This document shows, piece by piece, positions 17,380-25,438 of a DNA stretch of 25,603 bases (its first letter is position 1; every line of letters begins with the position of its first letter). The stretch spans positions 1-25,603 of IMG/VR virus record IMGVR_UViG_3300023283_000386; one strand, given 5' to 3'. The notes under the pieces were generated by a model. It ran no database searches and was not told the DNA's origin. It saw nothing but the letters and a program-made list of their open reading frames with translations. Made by a program: the position numbers and the translations under genes. The DNA is from a virus. Its lineage: Duplodnaviria; Caudoviricetes.

Positions 17380-18762
17380 CTACCCCGCCTCCCGGCTCCC
17401 CCGAACAAGGGGACGGCGTTCATTGACCTTCCGGCGCTTCTTGGGATTCGTGCGGTGGAAGGTCTTCAAGAAAAGTTCCCCGCCTTCGCCCTGCGCCTTA
17501 ACGACGCCCTGCCACAACTTGCCCTCCAAGTCACCAATTGCGAGAAGCGTCTTGTCATCGACGCGCCAAACATCGCCTGTGGCAAGCAGGGGCGCCACCA
17601 GATCGTAAGCCTCGGGGTCGAGTTCGGGGTGCTCGCGCGTCTGCTTGATCGCCGTTTGCCGCGATAGCTCCACCGATGTCACCCGCGCATCGATAGCCTC
17701 GGCCAGGTCCTGGGGCAGGCGCGCGATGCGCCGGCGGCGCGGCCCGGCCTGGCCGTCCAGCCAGGCGGCGAAGGTCGGATCCTGCGACGGCACCGGAATG
17801 TCGCCGCCGTCGCGCGCGGCCTCGATATCCCGCTTGCGCGGGTTACGCGCGATTTCGGCCCGGCTGAAGGGCTGCGCCCCTGGCCGGTGCATGACCCAGC
17901 GGTCCATGATCGGCAGGCTGGTGCACCCGCAGTTCACCGTCTCCGACGCCGGGCCGCGCGGGTCGCGGGGGTATTCCAATGTGACGCCGCCCACGTTGAA
18001 CATGTCCGCGACCTCGCGCACCTGGCCGTCGGTCAGATCGTGATTGGTGCGGGAAAACACCTTGCCCGACCGCCGCCACTGCTTCTTCAGGCCCGGCAGC
18101 CGCGCCTTCGCGGCGCGCAGGCGCTGGTCCCCGGCGGCGGAGAAGGCGCGTCCCAGTTCGGTGCGCACAATCGTATTGACCCGCCCCCGCCCGCCCGCGA
18201 CGCCGCCGGACTCGAACGCCCGCTCGATCTCGCGCGCCGCCTCGGACACGCCCTGGGCGCCGGTGGCCACCAGGCCCAGTTGCTCGTCCACCCGCGCGCC
18301 CAGCGTAGCGGAAATGTCTTTCATGCGGTCGGTCATAAAGGTGGCGATTTGGTCGAGCTGCCGGGTGTCCAGCCGGGGCAGCACGGCGTCGAGCACGACC
18401 CGGGGCGGATCATCCGCGTTCGGGGCTGCGTCCGGGGCTGCGTCAGGGGCCGCCGCGAACCCGGCCTCGATGGGCTTGTCGATCTGGTCGATGCCCTGTT
18501 GCCAGGCCGTGGCGGCCGCGTCTTCGACGACCTCGCCCGCGCGCGCCGCGAACGTGGCCAGCGCCGCCTCGACTTCGGCCTGAAGCCGGGGCAGGGTCGC
18601 GCGGTCGAAATCGCTGGCATTGGCGGCCAGGCGCGCGGCGATGCGTTCGCGCGCGGCGCGCAGCAGGCGCACGACGCGCGCCGCCGTGCGGCGCTGGTGT
18701 TCCACGTGACGGCGGCGCTGCCGGGTGCGCTCACGCCGCAGGGCCAGATCGCGGGGGTCCAT
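17380..18762 (-). CDS. MuF (SPP1 gp7-like) minor head protein with a C-terminal putative BECR-fold (PBECR-like) RNase domain (460 aa)
   Basis: After the portal; MuF motifs IVRTELGRAF, KKQW, RTNH...DGQ, YPRDP...TVNCGC; extra ~120-aa lower-GC C-terminus (KQTREHPEL...Y...WQGVVK...ELFLKTFHR). Confidence 0.85.
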   Translation of the reverse strand: MDPRDLALRRERTRQRRRHVEHQRRTAARVVRLLRAARERIAARLAANASDFDRATLPRLQAEVEAALATFAARAGEVVEDAAATAWQQGIDQIDKPIEAGFAAAPDAAPDAAPNADDPPRVVLDAVLPRLDTRQLDQIATFMTDRMKDISATLGARVDEQLGLVATGAQGVSEAAREIERAFESGGVAGGRGRVNTIVRTELGRAFSAAGDQRLRAAKARLPGLKKQWRRSGKVFSRTNHDLTDGQVREVADMFNVGGVTLEYPRDPRGPASETVNCGCTSLPIMDRWVMHRPGAQPFSRAEIARNPRKRDIEAARDGGDIPVPSQDPTFAAWLDGQAGPRRRRIARLPQDLAEAIDARVTSVELSRQTAIKQTREHPELDPEAYDLVAPLLATGDVWRVDDKTLLAIGDLEGKLWQGVVKAQGEGGELFLKTFHRTNPKKRRKVNERRPLVRGSREAG

Positions 18763-18765
18763 ACG

Positions 18766-20262
18766 TCACGCCCCCGGCGCGGGCGTGCCGCCACCCCCAA
18801 CACCGGCCCCACCATCGGCCCCGTCACCGTCTTCGCCACCGGGCGGGTCGGTTTCGTCGTCGGGCGGCTCGGCGAAGCTATCGGCCTCGGCCCGCGCCGC
18901 GCGGTCCTGGCGCGCCTGGTCCAGCTCGGCCTCGGCGTCCACCTCGACGCCGATGCGCTGGGCGATGGCCTGGATCAGGCGCACGGCGGTGGCCTGGGTC
19001 ATCAGGCCACGGTCCACGGCCCCTCCCGCCGCCGCGACCACCTGTTGCAGCGCGCCGGCATAGCCAGAGACATCGCGCGCGCTCATTTCCGGCATTTCCG
19101 CCACCGGCCGCAGATCGCCGTCCAAATCCGCCGGGTCGAAGTCGGACGTGCCGGCGGGGTCCAGGCGTCGGCGCACGACATACGTGCCGACCTCTTCCAG
19201 GATATATTTGACCTCGTTCTGCTCCATCGTCAGCAGCTTCAGGATCGGTTCCGACATTTCCCCGGCGGTGGCCCGGTTGACGTCGCCGCCGCCGCCGAAC
19301 CAATGCTCGGGAATGCCCTGGCCGCCCAGCGTATGGTTGCGGAACAGGCGCATGGCCTCGGATGTATCGGCGGCTTGCAGGTCCGGGGATAGCGCCTGCC
19401 ACTGTTCGCTCTCGTTATGGATGCGCACGCCGCCGGACTGCGGTGCCGCCATTGTCCGGGCCTTTTCGTCCACCTGGTCCTGCGTCGCGCCCTGGAGCGT
19501 GACGTCCCAAACGAACTGGCGCAGGGTCCCGGTGCGCTCCAACTCGCCGAACAGCGTCTGGTCGTAGCCGTCCAGGTAATCGGTTGCGGCCAGCAGGTCG
19601 CCGCGCCCGCGCCGCCCGTTGGACAGCGCGTTCTTGGCGAAATAAAAACAATCACCGTCGCGCGCCGCCGCCCGCAGGCGCCGCGCCCGGTCCCCGAAAA
19701 TCCGCTCCGGCCCGTTGACGATGACCCGGAAGGTGCGCTGGTCGCCCGCCGAATCGCGCACGGTCTGGACCAGGATGGGCTGTTCGGCGTTATCGGGGTC
19801 GGTGATGACCGCCTCGATGTCTTCGGGGTCGAGATAACCAAGGCGCACATGACCCGTGGTCGAATTGACGAAGACGGGCCAGCACTGCTCGCCGAACAGC
19901 TTGTATTCGCGCAGCTTGCGCGGCAGCTTCAGGTCCATCCGGTTGATCGGATCGTCCCAGAAGGCATCCAGCCAGCCTTGCACGTCTTCGTTGTTCGCCT
20001 TGAGCGCCGCGCCTTCGGCCAGGACAAAGGCGATCTGCACCTCGACCATGAACTTGGCCAGCAGGTTCGATTCCCACAGGTGCAGCGACAGCTTACGCAT
20101 CCGCGCCTGCGTCATCGGCGCCAGATCGCGCCGCCCGTCGCCGGACAACCGCCGCCACTTTTCATCGTCGTGATCGACGGATTGGCCGTGGGATTCGCGG
20201 ATCTCGGCATTGGGCGTGCCCTCGACCGCCTTGTTCAGTCCCAGCCAGCTTAGCAGGCCCAT
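18766..20262 (-). CDS. Portal protein (498 aa)
   Basis: Between terminase and MuF; size; GIPEHWFGGGGDVNRATA motif; acidic low-complexity tail. Confidence 0.85.
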   Translation of the reverse strand: MGLLSWLGLNKAVEGTPNAEIRESHGQSVDHDDEKWRRLSGDGRRDLAPMTQARMRKLSLHLWESNLLAKFMVEVQIAFVLAEGAALKANNEDVQGWLDAFWDDPINRMDLKLPRKLREYKLFGEQCWPVFVNSTTGHVRLGYLDPEDIEAVITDPDNAEQPILVQTVRDSAGDQRTFRVIVNGPERIFGDRARRLRAAARDGDCFYFAKNALSNGRRGRGDLLAATDYLDGYDQTLFGELERTGTLRQFVWDVTLQGATQDQVDEKARTMAAPQSGGVRIHNESEQWQALSPDLQAADTSEAMRLFRNHTLGGQGIPEHWFGGGGDVNRATAGEMSEPILKLLTMEQNEVKYILEEVGTYVVRRRLDPAGTSDFDPADLDGDLRPVAEMPEMSARDVSGYAGALQQVVAAAGGAVDRGLMTQATAVRLIQAIAQRIGVEVDAEAELDQARQDRAARAEADSFAEPPDDETDPPGGEDGDGADGGAGVGGGGTPAPGA

Positions 20263-20265
20263 GGT

Positions 20266-21882
20266 CTACCTCTCGAACAGCCGCCGCGCGGCCCCGGCGG
20301 CGCGGTCGAACATGCCGCGCGCCGCGCCCGCGCGGGCACGGTGGATTTCGGGCCGGTTGGCGCGCGCGTCCGGCGCCGCGTCCGCCCCGGCGGGGGCCGG
20401 TCCCCGCACCCGGCTGGCATGGTGCGCCAGCGCCGCCGCGATGGCCGCGTCGCCGTGGCGCTGGCCGCCGTCCGTCCCGGCCCCCCGGCGGGCGGGCACC
20501 TTGGCCACGCCGCGCTCCAGCTTGATGGCGCGGTGATCGGCGATGATGTCGCGGTCCTTGGGCAGCACGATCTCGCCGTCCTGGAGCGCGGCCTTATAGG
20601 GCGGCATGTTGTCCCGGTACCAGGTCTCGCTGAACTTGACCTGGGCGACGCGCGCGGCGCCGTAACGCTGCCAGGCGACCTCGGCCAGGTACGCGCCGTT
20701 GCCCCCGGCATCCAGCGCCGCGCCGCCAAAGCGCGGCAGGCGGTCGATCAGGTGGAACAGCACCTGGCGCTGTTGGTCGAACGGCACGTTGCGCAGCTCG
20801 ACCACACAGGGCGGGCGGCGGACCATGCGGGCGTCCACCAGCACCGGCCAGATGACGGTCAGGTCCGCCGAACGCGCGAAATCTACCCCGACATAGGCGG
20901 GGGCGTCGGGCAGGTCCGCCAGTGCCGGGTCGAGATGGTCGCGGCACCAGTCCTGGGTCTCGCCCGCGCGCAGGCGCTCGCCAAGCTGCGCGAAGCCATC
21001 GTTTAAAGACCATTTCAACACCGGCACGTCGCGCCCCGCCTCGGCCGCCGCCTCGATGGTGGACAGCGACAACCAGGCCCCGGTGCCCTTGGACGGCACG
21101 CAGAAAAGCTCTTCCTCAGCCGCGTCGCCGTAATAGGCGACGATCTCCGCGCGCCAGGCCGCCTCGGCCTCGCTTGTCCACGCATCGCCGCGCATCCAGC
21201 AGATGCGCCGATAGAGACCGTCCGCCAGCGCGTCGTCGAAGTCACAGCGCAGCAGATGGTAGGGTCGGCGCCCGGCGCGGATGTCCTGGACCAGCTGGTT
21301 GAAAGGGTTGTCCTCGCCGTTGTGGGTGGAGATGACGGCGACCTTGCCGCCCCAGATCAGCAGCGCGAAGGCGGCCTTCAACACCGCGTCCAGATCGTCC
21401 ATGAACGCGGCCTCGTCCAGGATCACCAGCCCCTGCATCCCGCGCAGTGCCCGCGCCTTGGCGGGCAGGGCCACGACCTCGAAGCCGCTGCCGAAGGCGA
21501 TGCGGAACGCCTTGACGTCCTTGTCCGGGTTGTCGGGGTCGCGGAACACCGTCTCCTGCACGCCGGAGACGGCGCGGTCCATCTTGCGCGCCCAATCGGC
21601 GGCATAGTCGATGAACTCGCGGGCCATCTCCAGGTTATAGCCCATGTAATAGACGTCCTGCCCCCCGGCGGCTTTGCTGGAGGCCGCCCACAGCGCCGCG
21701 ACCGCCGCCGCTGCCCAGGAATAGCCGGTGCGCCGCGACTTCTCGACCACCGTGACCGCGTGCGCGGACACCGACGCCAGCAGGCGTTGCTGATAGGCCA
21801 GGAAGACCCGCTCGCGCCCATCCCCCTCTCCCTCCGGGAGAGGGCCGGGGTGAGGGCCTCCGGGTGAGGGCGCGCGCCTCAC
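20266..21882 (-). CDS. Terminase large subunit, Mu gp28-like (538 aa)
   Basis: GTGA overlap at 21879-21882; AYQQ, Walker A EKSRRTGYS, Walker B VILDEAAF, ISTHNG, nuclease GVDFAR and HGDAAIA. Confidence 0.93.
   Translation of the reverse strand: MRRAPSPGGPHPGPLPEGEGDGRERVFLAYQQRLLASVSAHAVTVVEKSRRTGYSWAAAAVAALWAASSKAAGGQDVYYMGYNLEMAREFIDYAADWARKMDRAVSGVQETVFRDPDNPDKDVKAFRIAFGSGFEVVALPAKARALRGMQGLVILDEAAFMDDLDAVLKAAFALLIWGGKVAVISTHNGEDNPFNQLVQDIRAGRRPYHLLRCDFDDALADGLYRRICWMRGDAWTSEAEAAWRAEIVAYYGDAAEEELFCVPSKGTGAWLSLSTIEAAAEAGRDVPVLKWSLNDGFAQLGERLRAGETQDWCRDHLDPALADLPDAPAYVGVDFARSADLTVIWPVLVDARMVRRPPCVVELRNVPFDQQRQVLFHLIDRLPRFGGAALDAGGNGAYLAEVAWQRYGAARVAQVKFSETWYRDNMPPYKAALQDGEIVLPKDRDIIADHRAIKLERGVAKVPARRGAGTDGGQRHGDAAIAAALAHHASRVRGPAPAGADAAPDARANRPEIHRARAGAARGMFDRAAGAARRLFER
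21823..21870. repeat. BoxC-like palindromic element inside the terminase 5' end
   Basis: CCCCTCTCCC-tcc-GGGAGAGGG-cc-GGGGTGAGGG plus a partial copy CCTCCGGGTGAGGG. Confidence 0.6.
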
Positions 21883-22433
21883 GCCGCCGCCTCCCCGAAG
21901 ACCTCGGTGATGAAGGCGCGCGCGCCCTCGGCGCTCAGGCCCTGGCGATCCGCCGCCGCCTTGGCCTTTTCCGCCGCGTCCGCCCGGATTTCCTCGCGGG
22001 CGCGCTTGCGCTCCTCTTCGCGGATCTTGGCCACCGTTTCGGTGTTGGCCTTGCGCGTCTGCGCCAGGTTCTTCAAGGCTCGCGTCGTCAACTCGGCTTC
22101 TTGGGGGCCAAGCTGGATGATGCCGTCCTCGCTGAACATCAGGCGGCGCATGACCGTGTGCATCATCTCCAGGTTCGCGTCGGCCACCCGGTCCTGGTCC
22201 TCGGCGCCGAATTCCTTGGCGATAGCCTCGGCCACCAGGCGCGATTGCTGGATTTCCTTCGCCACCTCGTTCAGGCCCTTGACATGGCGGCCCAGGGCCG
22301 AGCGCGAGACCCGCGCGCCCATCGTGTCCAGGTGCGCCAGGATTTCGTCGATGGTCGCGCCGCGATCGACCAGGTCCGCGATCTTCTGGCGCACCTCGGG
22401 CGGCAGGCGCTTGATCGTGCTCTTGCGGCCCAT
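21879..22433 (-). CDS. Mu gp27-like (DUF3486) protein, probable terminase small subunit (184 aa)
   Basis: MGRKSTIKRLPPEVR...VSRSALGRH signature; directly upstream of the terminase; AGGA RBS. Confidence 0.85.
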   Translation of the reverse strand: MGRKSTIKRLPPEVRQKIADLVDRGATIDEILAHLDTMGARVSRSALGRHVKGLNEVAKEIQQSRLVAEAIAKEFGAEDQDRVADANLEMMHTVMRRLMFSEDGIIQLGPQEAELTTRALKNLAQTRKANTETVAKIREEERKRAREEIRADAAEKAKAAADRQGLSAEGARAFITEVFGEAAA

Positions 22434-22444
22434 GTCCTGCGTCC

Positions 22445-22747
22445 CTACGGCGACGGGCGGCGCACGCCGCGCACGGCCACCCGCCCGGCGGCACAATCGA
22501 GACCGCGCTGGGTGGCCCGCGCCACGACCAGATCGCCCCCGTCGCGGCCAACGTCGCGCGCTGTCACCAGGCCCTGTTCGGCCAGCCACTCGACCTGGCC
22601 GCGCACCTGATCGCGGGTCAGGTTGATGCCCAGCTCGTACAGCGCGTCGGACAGGATCGCGCAGTTCGCCTCATAGGCCGGCTGCGCGTGCAGCAGGCGC
22701 AGGATGGCGATGCGGGCGTGACCCGCCAGGAACGCCTCGTAACTCAC
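22445..22747 (-). CDS. Mu gp26-like winged-helix protein (100 aa)
   Basis: GTGA overlap; RIAILRLL...ANCAIL...TRDQVRGQVEWLAEQGLV...TQRGLDCAAG...GVRRPSP. Confidence 0.85.
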   Translation of the reverse strand: MSYEAFLAGHARIAILRLLHAQPAYEANCAILSDALYELGINLTRDQVRGQVEWLAEQGLVTARDVGRDGGDLVVARATQRGLDCAAGRVAVRGVRRPSP

Positions 22748-23196
22748 CGGCTCCCCCCCAAGTCCTTGGCCCCCGAGTCCTTCGCCCCCAACTCCGCCGT
22801 GACCTCGCGGTGGTGCTGGTCCAGCCACTGCAACAGGCGCTCGACCCGCCCGACCGACTCCTTGATAAAGGCCGTCTGGTGCTCCAGGCCGATGGTCACG
22901 CCTTCCAGCTTGTTCATGGATTTTTCCAGCGCGCGGATTTCGTCGATGCCGGGGACGTGCGCCATCTGCGCTTCCAGCACCGCCAGGCGCTCGTCGCGCG
23001 TCTGCCCCGCGTGGCGGATCGCGTCCAGGCGTTCGGGCAGGTTGCGCGGCACCGCCTCCGCTAGATCGTTGAATTCCGGGCGGCACACGAACTGCTTTTT
23101 CAAACTCCAAATCGCCCAGGACAGGACGGCGGTGCCGACGGCGGTCCACAGCGCCGCGCCCGCCATGATCCAATCCGCCCATTCCCCATGGGTCAT
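22744..23196 (-). CDS. Mu gp25-like (DUF2730-like) membrane-anchored coiled-coil protein (150 aa)
   Basis: N-terminal hydrophobic helix; RLAVLEAQMAHVP motif; position between holin and gp26-like gene. Confidence 0.7.
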   Translation of the reverse strand: MTHGEWADWIMAGAALWTAVGTAVLSWAIWSLKKQFVCRPEFNDLAEAVPRNLPERLDAIRHAGQTRDERLAVLEAQMAHVPGIDEIRALEKSMNKLEGVTIGLEHQTAFIKESVGRVERLLQWLDQHHREVTAELGAKDSGAKDLGGSR

Positions 23197-23197
23197 C

Positions 23198-23608
23198 TCA
23201 CCCGCCGCTCTTGCCCTTGGCTTTTTCGAAGGATCGCAGGCCACCCAGGCCCAGCATCCCCAACAGCACCGGCATCATCGCGCCCAGGTCCAAATCGGGC
23301 AGCGCCTGGACCAGGGCCGGGTCGAGACCGGCGACCACGGCCACGAAGGCCGCGAAGGGCTGGACGATGTAGTGATAGGCCAGCGCCGACCCGCAGACCC
23401 AGCCGATGGCCGGGCGCCACCCGGCGACGAAGACGTTTTCGTGCTGGGCCTCGACGCGGTTGACGGCGATCTGCGCCAGTTCGCCTTGCTGCTCTAACTC
23501 CAACAGCTTGCGCTTGGCCTCGGCGCGCTCCTGATCGCTTGTGAACAGCTTGTCCACGACCCCGAACAACTGGCCGGCGACCGCGCCGGCGGCGTCCGCC
23601 AAAACCAT
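23198..23608 (-). CDS. 3TM (GTA-type) holin family protein (136 aa)
   Basis: TGATG coupling to the endolysin; FTSDQER, FVAGWRPAIGWVCG, LLGMLGLGGLRSFEK motifs. Confidence 0.85.
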   Translation of the reverse strand: MVLADAAGAVAGQLFGVVDKLFTSDQERAEAKRKLLELEQQGELAQIAVNRVEAQHENVFVAGWRPAIGWVCGSALAYHYIVQPFAAFVAVVAGLDPALVQALPDLDLGAMMPVLLGMLGLGGLRSFEKAKGKSGG

Positions 23609-24417
23609 CACGCGCTCGCCCGCAGCGCCGCCCAGGTGCGCGGCCCGACGATGCCATCGACGGCCAGATCGCAGTCGTCCTGGAACACCCGCACCGCCCG
23701 GCGCGTCGCCGGGCCGAAGACGCCATCCGCCGCCGGGGCGTCGCCGGGGTCCAGCGTGGCCGCCAGGCGCCGCTGCGCGGCGCGCACCCAATGCCCGCTG
23801 GCGCCGGGCCGCAGCGCCGGGGGATTGTCCGGCCATTCGTCGCTGGCGATGGCATACGCCTCGGCCAGACGCTCGTGGTATCGGTGCTCGGCATACCCCG
23901 GCCCGTTGTACCCGCGCGCGAAGGCGGTCCAGTCCAGACCGGCCAGATGTGTATCCAGCCCGCGCGCCACGACATACTGGACAAAGGCGTCCAGGTGATC
24001 GCGGGCGCTGCGCTTGTGCGCTTCGACGAAGCGTTCCACGCTTCCGAAGCCGCACAGATCATAGTTGAACCCCATGATCTGGAACGCCCCCCAGGACGCC
24101 GCCGCCATCCCGGCGATGGCGTCCAGGCCCATCGCGCGCACCAGCCGGTCCCATTCGCCCGCGCCGCCGACGTAATGGGCGCGCGCGGCGGACCAGGTCG
24201 GCGCGGACAAATCGGGATGATCGGCGCGGAATCGCCCGCCGGTCAGGCGGTCGAAATGGTGGGCTTCGAACAGGATTTTGGGCCGCCCGTCGTCCAGGAA
24301 GCCGGAGCCGGACGCCTCGACGGCGATCACGGCTTCGACCGCCGCGCGCGAACAGCGCAAGGCCGTCGCCGCCGCGCGGATGTCTTCGGGCCGAAGGGTG
24401 AGTAGACGGATTTGCAT
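23608..24417 (-). CDS. Endolysin: N-acetylmuramidase (DUF3380-type) with a C-terminal peptidoglycan-binding domain (269 aa)
   Basis: AVIAVEASGSGF, PKILFEAH, ASWGAFQIMGFN, FARGYNGPGY; DGVFGPAT...FQ...VDGIVGPRTW. Confidence 0.93.
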   Translation of the reverse strand: MQIRLLTLRPEDIRAAATALRCSRAAVEAVIAVEASGSGFLDDGRPKILFEAHHFDRLTGGRFRADHPDLSAPTWSAARAHYVGGAGEWDRLVRAMGLDAIAGMAAASWGAFQIMGFNYDLCGFGSVERFVEAHKRSARDHLDAFVQYVVARGLDTHLAGLDWTAFARGYNGPGYAEHRYHERLAEAYAIASDEWPDNPPALRPGASGHWVRAAQRRLAATLDPGDAPAADGVFGPATRRAVRVFQDDCDLAVDGIVGPRTWAALRASA

Positions 24418-24421
24418 GGTG

Positions 24422-24495
24422 GTCCCCGCCAGGGTGTGATCTGGCGGGGACTCTGCCGCACCTGGGACGACGGCCCCACGGCGTCACCTGTCGGC
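24422..24495 (-). promoter_or_regulatory. Candidate late lysis promoter with an RBS-sequestering hairpin
   Basis: 11-bp inverted repeat 24422-24432/24441-24451 covering the endolysin RBS; -10-like CAGAGT (24455-24450); motif GCGTCACCTGTCGGC (24481-24495). Confidence 0.55.
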
Positions 24496-24556
24496 TACGG
24501 CGTTTTTGATACGGAAGTCGGCTGTGGGGAGTCGGCTGTGGGCGGCGGGGCGGTGC

Positions 24557-24949
24557 CTATTCGGTCGCCCGGTCCATGTGCGGCTGTAAGGCCGCCCCCA
24601 AGCGGTCGCTGGCCGTCTCGTAGCGGTCCAGGCGCGCACTCAGGGCGGCCCGGTCGCACGCCGGGTCATCCAGCGCCATCGTTACCTTGGCCCGGCGCAG
24701 GCGCGCCACCAGCACGCGGCTCCCCGTCCCGATCAGCGCGGCGCCCGACCGCAGCAGGCTATGACCGTTTCGTTCGATGTTGGCGGCCTCGTCGTAGAGG
24801 CCGCATTCTTCCAGGTGCCCCACCATGCGTCCGGCCTCGGCGGCATAGGCTTCCAGTTCGGTCAGGGCGTCGGCGGCGCGGGCGGCTGGGGGCGGGACCA
24901 GGACGGCGAGGCTCGCGGCGGTCACGGCGGCGATCAGCAGGCGGCGCAT
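24557..24949 (-). CDS. Small exported hypothetical protein (130 aa)
   Basis: GGAG RBS; Sec-type signal peptide MRRLLIAAVTAASLAVLVPPPAARA; two Cys; helical. Confidence 0.7.
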   Translation of the reverse strand: MRRLLIAAVTAASLAVLVPPPAARAADALTELEAYAAEAGRMVGHLEECGLYDEAANIERNGHSLLRSGAALIGTGSRVLVARLRRAKVTMALDDPACDRAALSARLDRYETASDRLGAALQPHMDRATE

Positions 24950-25032
24950 GGCGGACTCCATTGGCTGTTGCGGTTGCCAGGAGAAAGTACACCGGGCCGG
25001 CGGGCCGCGCCACCGGCAGGGCATCCGTGCGG

Positions 25033-25434
25033 CTACAGGAAATCGTCGATGGTCATCTGCCGGCCATCCTGCGCCGTCTCCGGCGCCGATCCCCGCCCCG
25101 GCGCGGTCCCGGCGGCCAGGCGGGCGGCGGCGCGCTCGACCGTCCGGCGGCTGACCCGCAGCTTGCGGATGATCTCCACCGGACGCGCGCCATCGCACAG
25201 CATCACCTCGACCCGCCGCGTGCGGTTGACCGGTCCCAGCGGCACGGCGATGTTCTCGCCCCCGTACCGCTCGCCCAGCGCCGATGCCGTGTCCGCGCCG
25301 ATGCACCGGGCCAGGGGGCTGTCCGGGCGGGGCCGCGCGGGCACGTGAACCTTGTCCCCGCCATAGCGCTCGGCCAGCGCCAGCGCCGCCGCCACCCCGG
25401 CCAGGTCCGCGACTTCGCCCAGGATGCCGCTCAT
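25033..25434 (-). CDS. Mor/C-family transcription activator (133 aa)
   Basis: Duplicated ALAERYGGDKVHVP / ALGERYGGENIAVP motif and C-terminal HTH (IIRKLRVSRRTVER); position between the gemA-like gene and the lysis genes. Confidence 0.8.
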   Translation of the reverse strand: MSGILGEVADLAGVAAALALAERYGGDKVHVPARPRPDSPLARCIGADTASALGERYGGENIAVPLGPVNRTRRVEVMLCDGARPVEIIRKLRVSRRTVERAAARLAAGTAPGRGSAPETAQDGRQMTIDDFL

Positions 25435-25438
25435 CCCA

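Noticed and set aside
21883-22551. N-terminal extension of the terminase (761-aa ORF) and similar extensions of the gp27-like, gp26-like, holin, gp10-like and exported-protein ORFs
   Set aside because: They overlap upstream genes in other frames; shorter starts have an RBS or ATGA/GTGA/TGATG coupling
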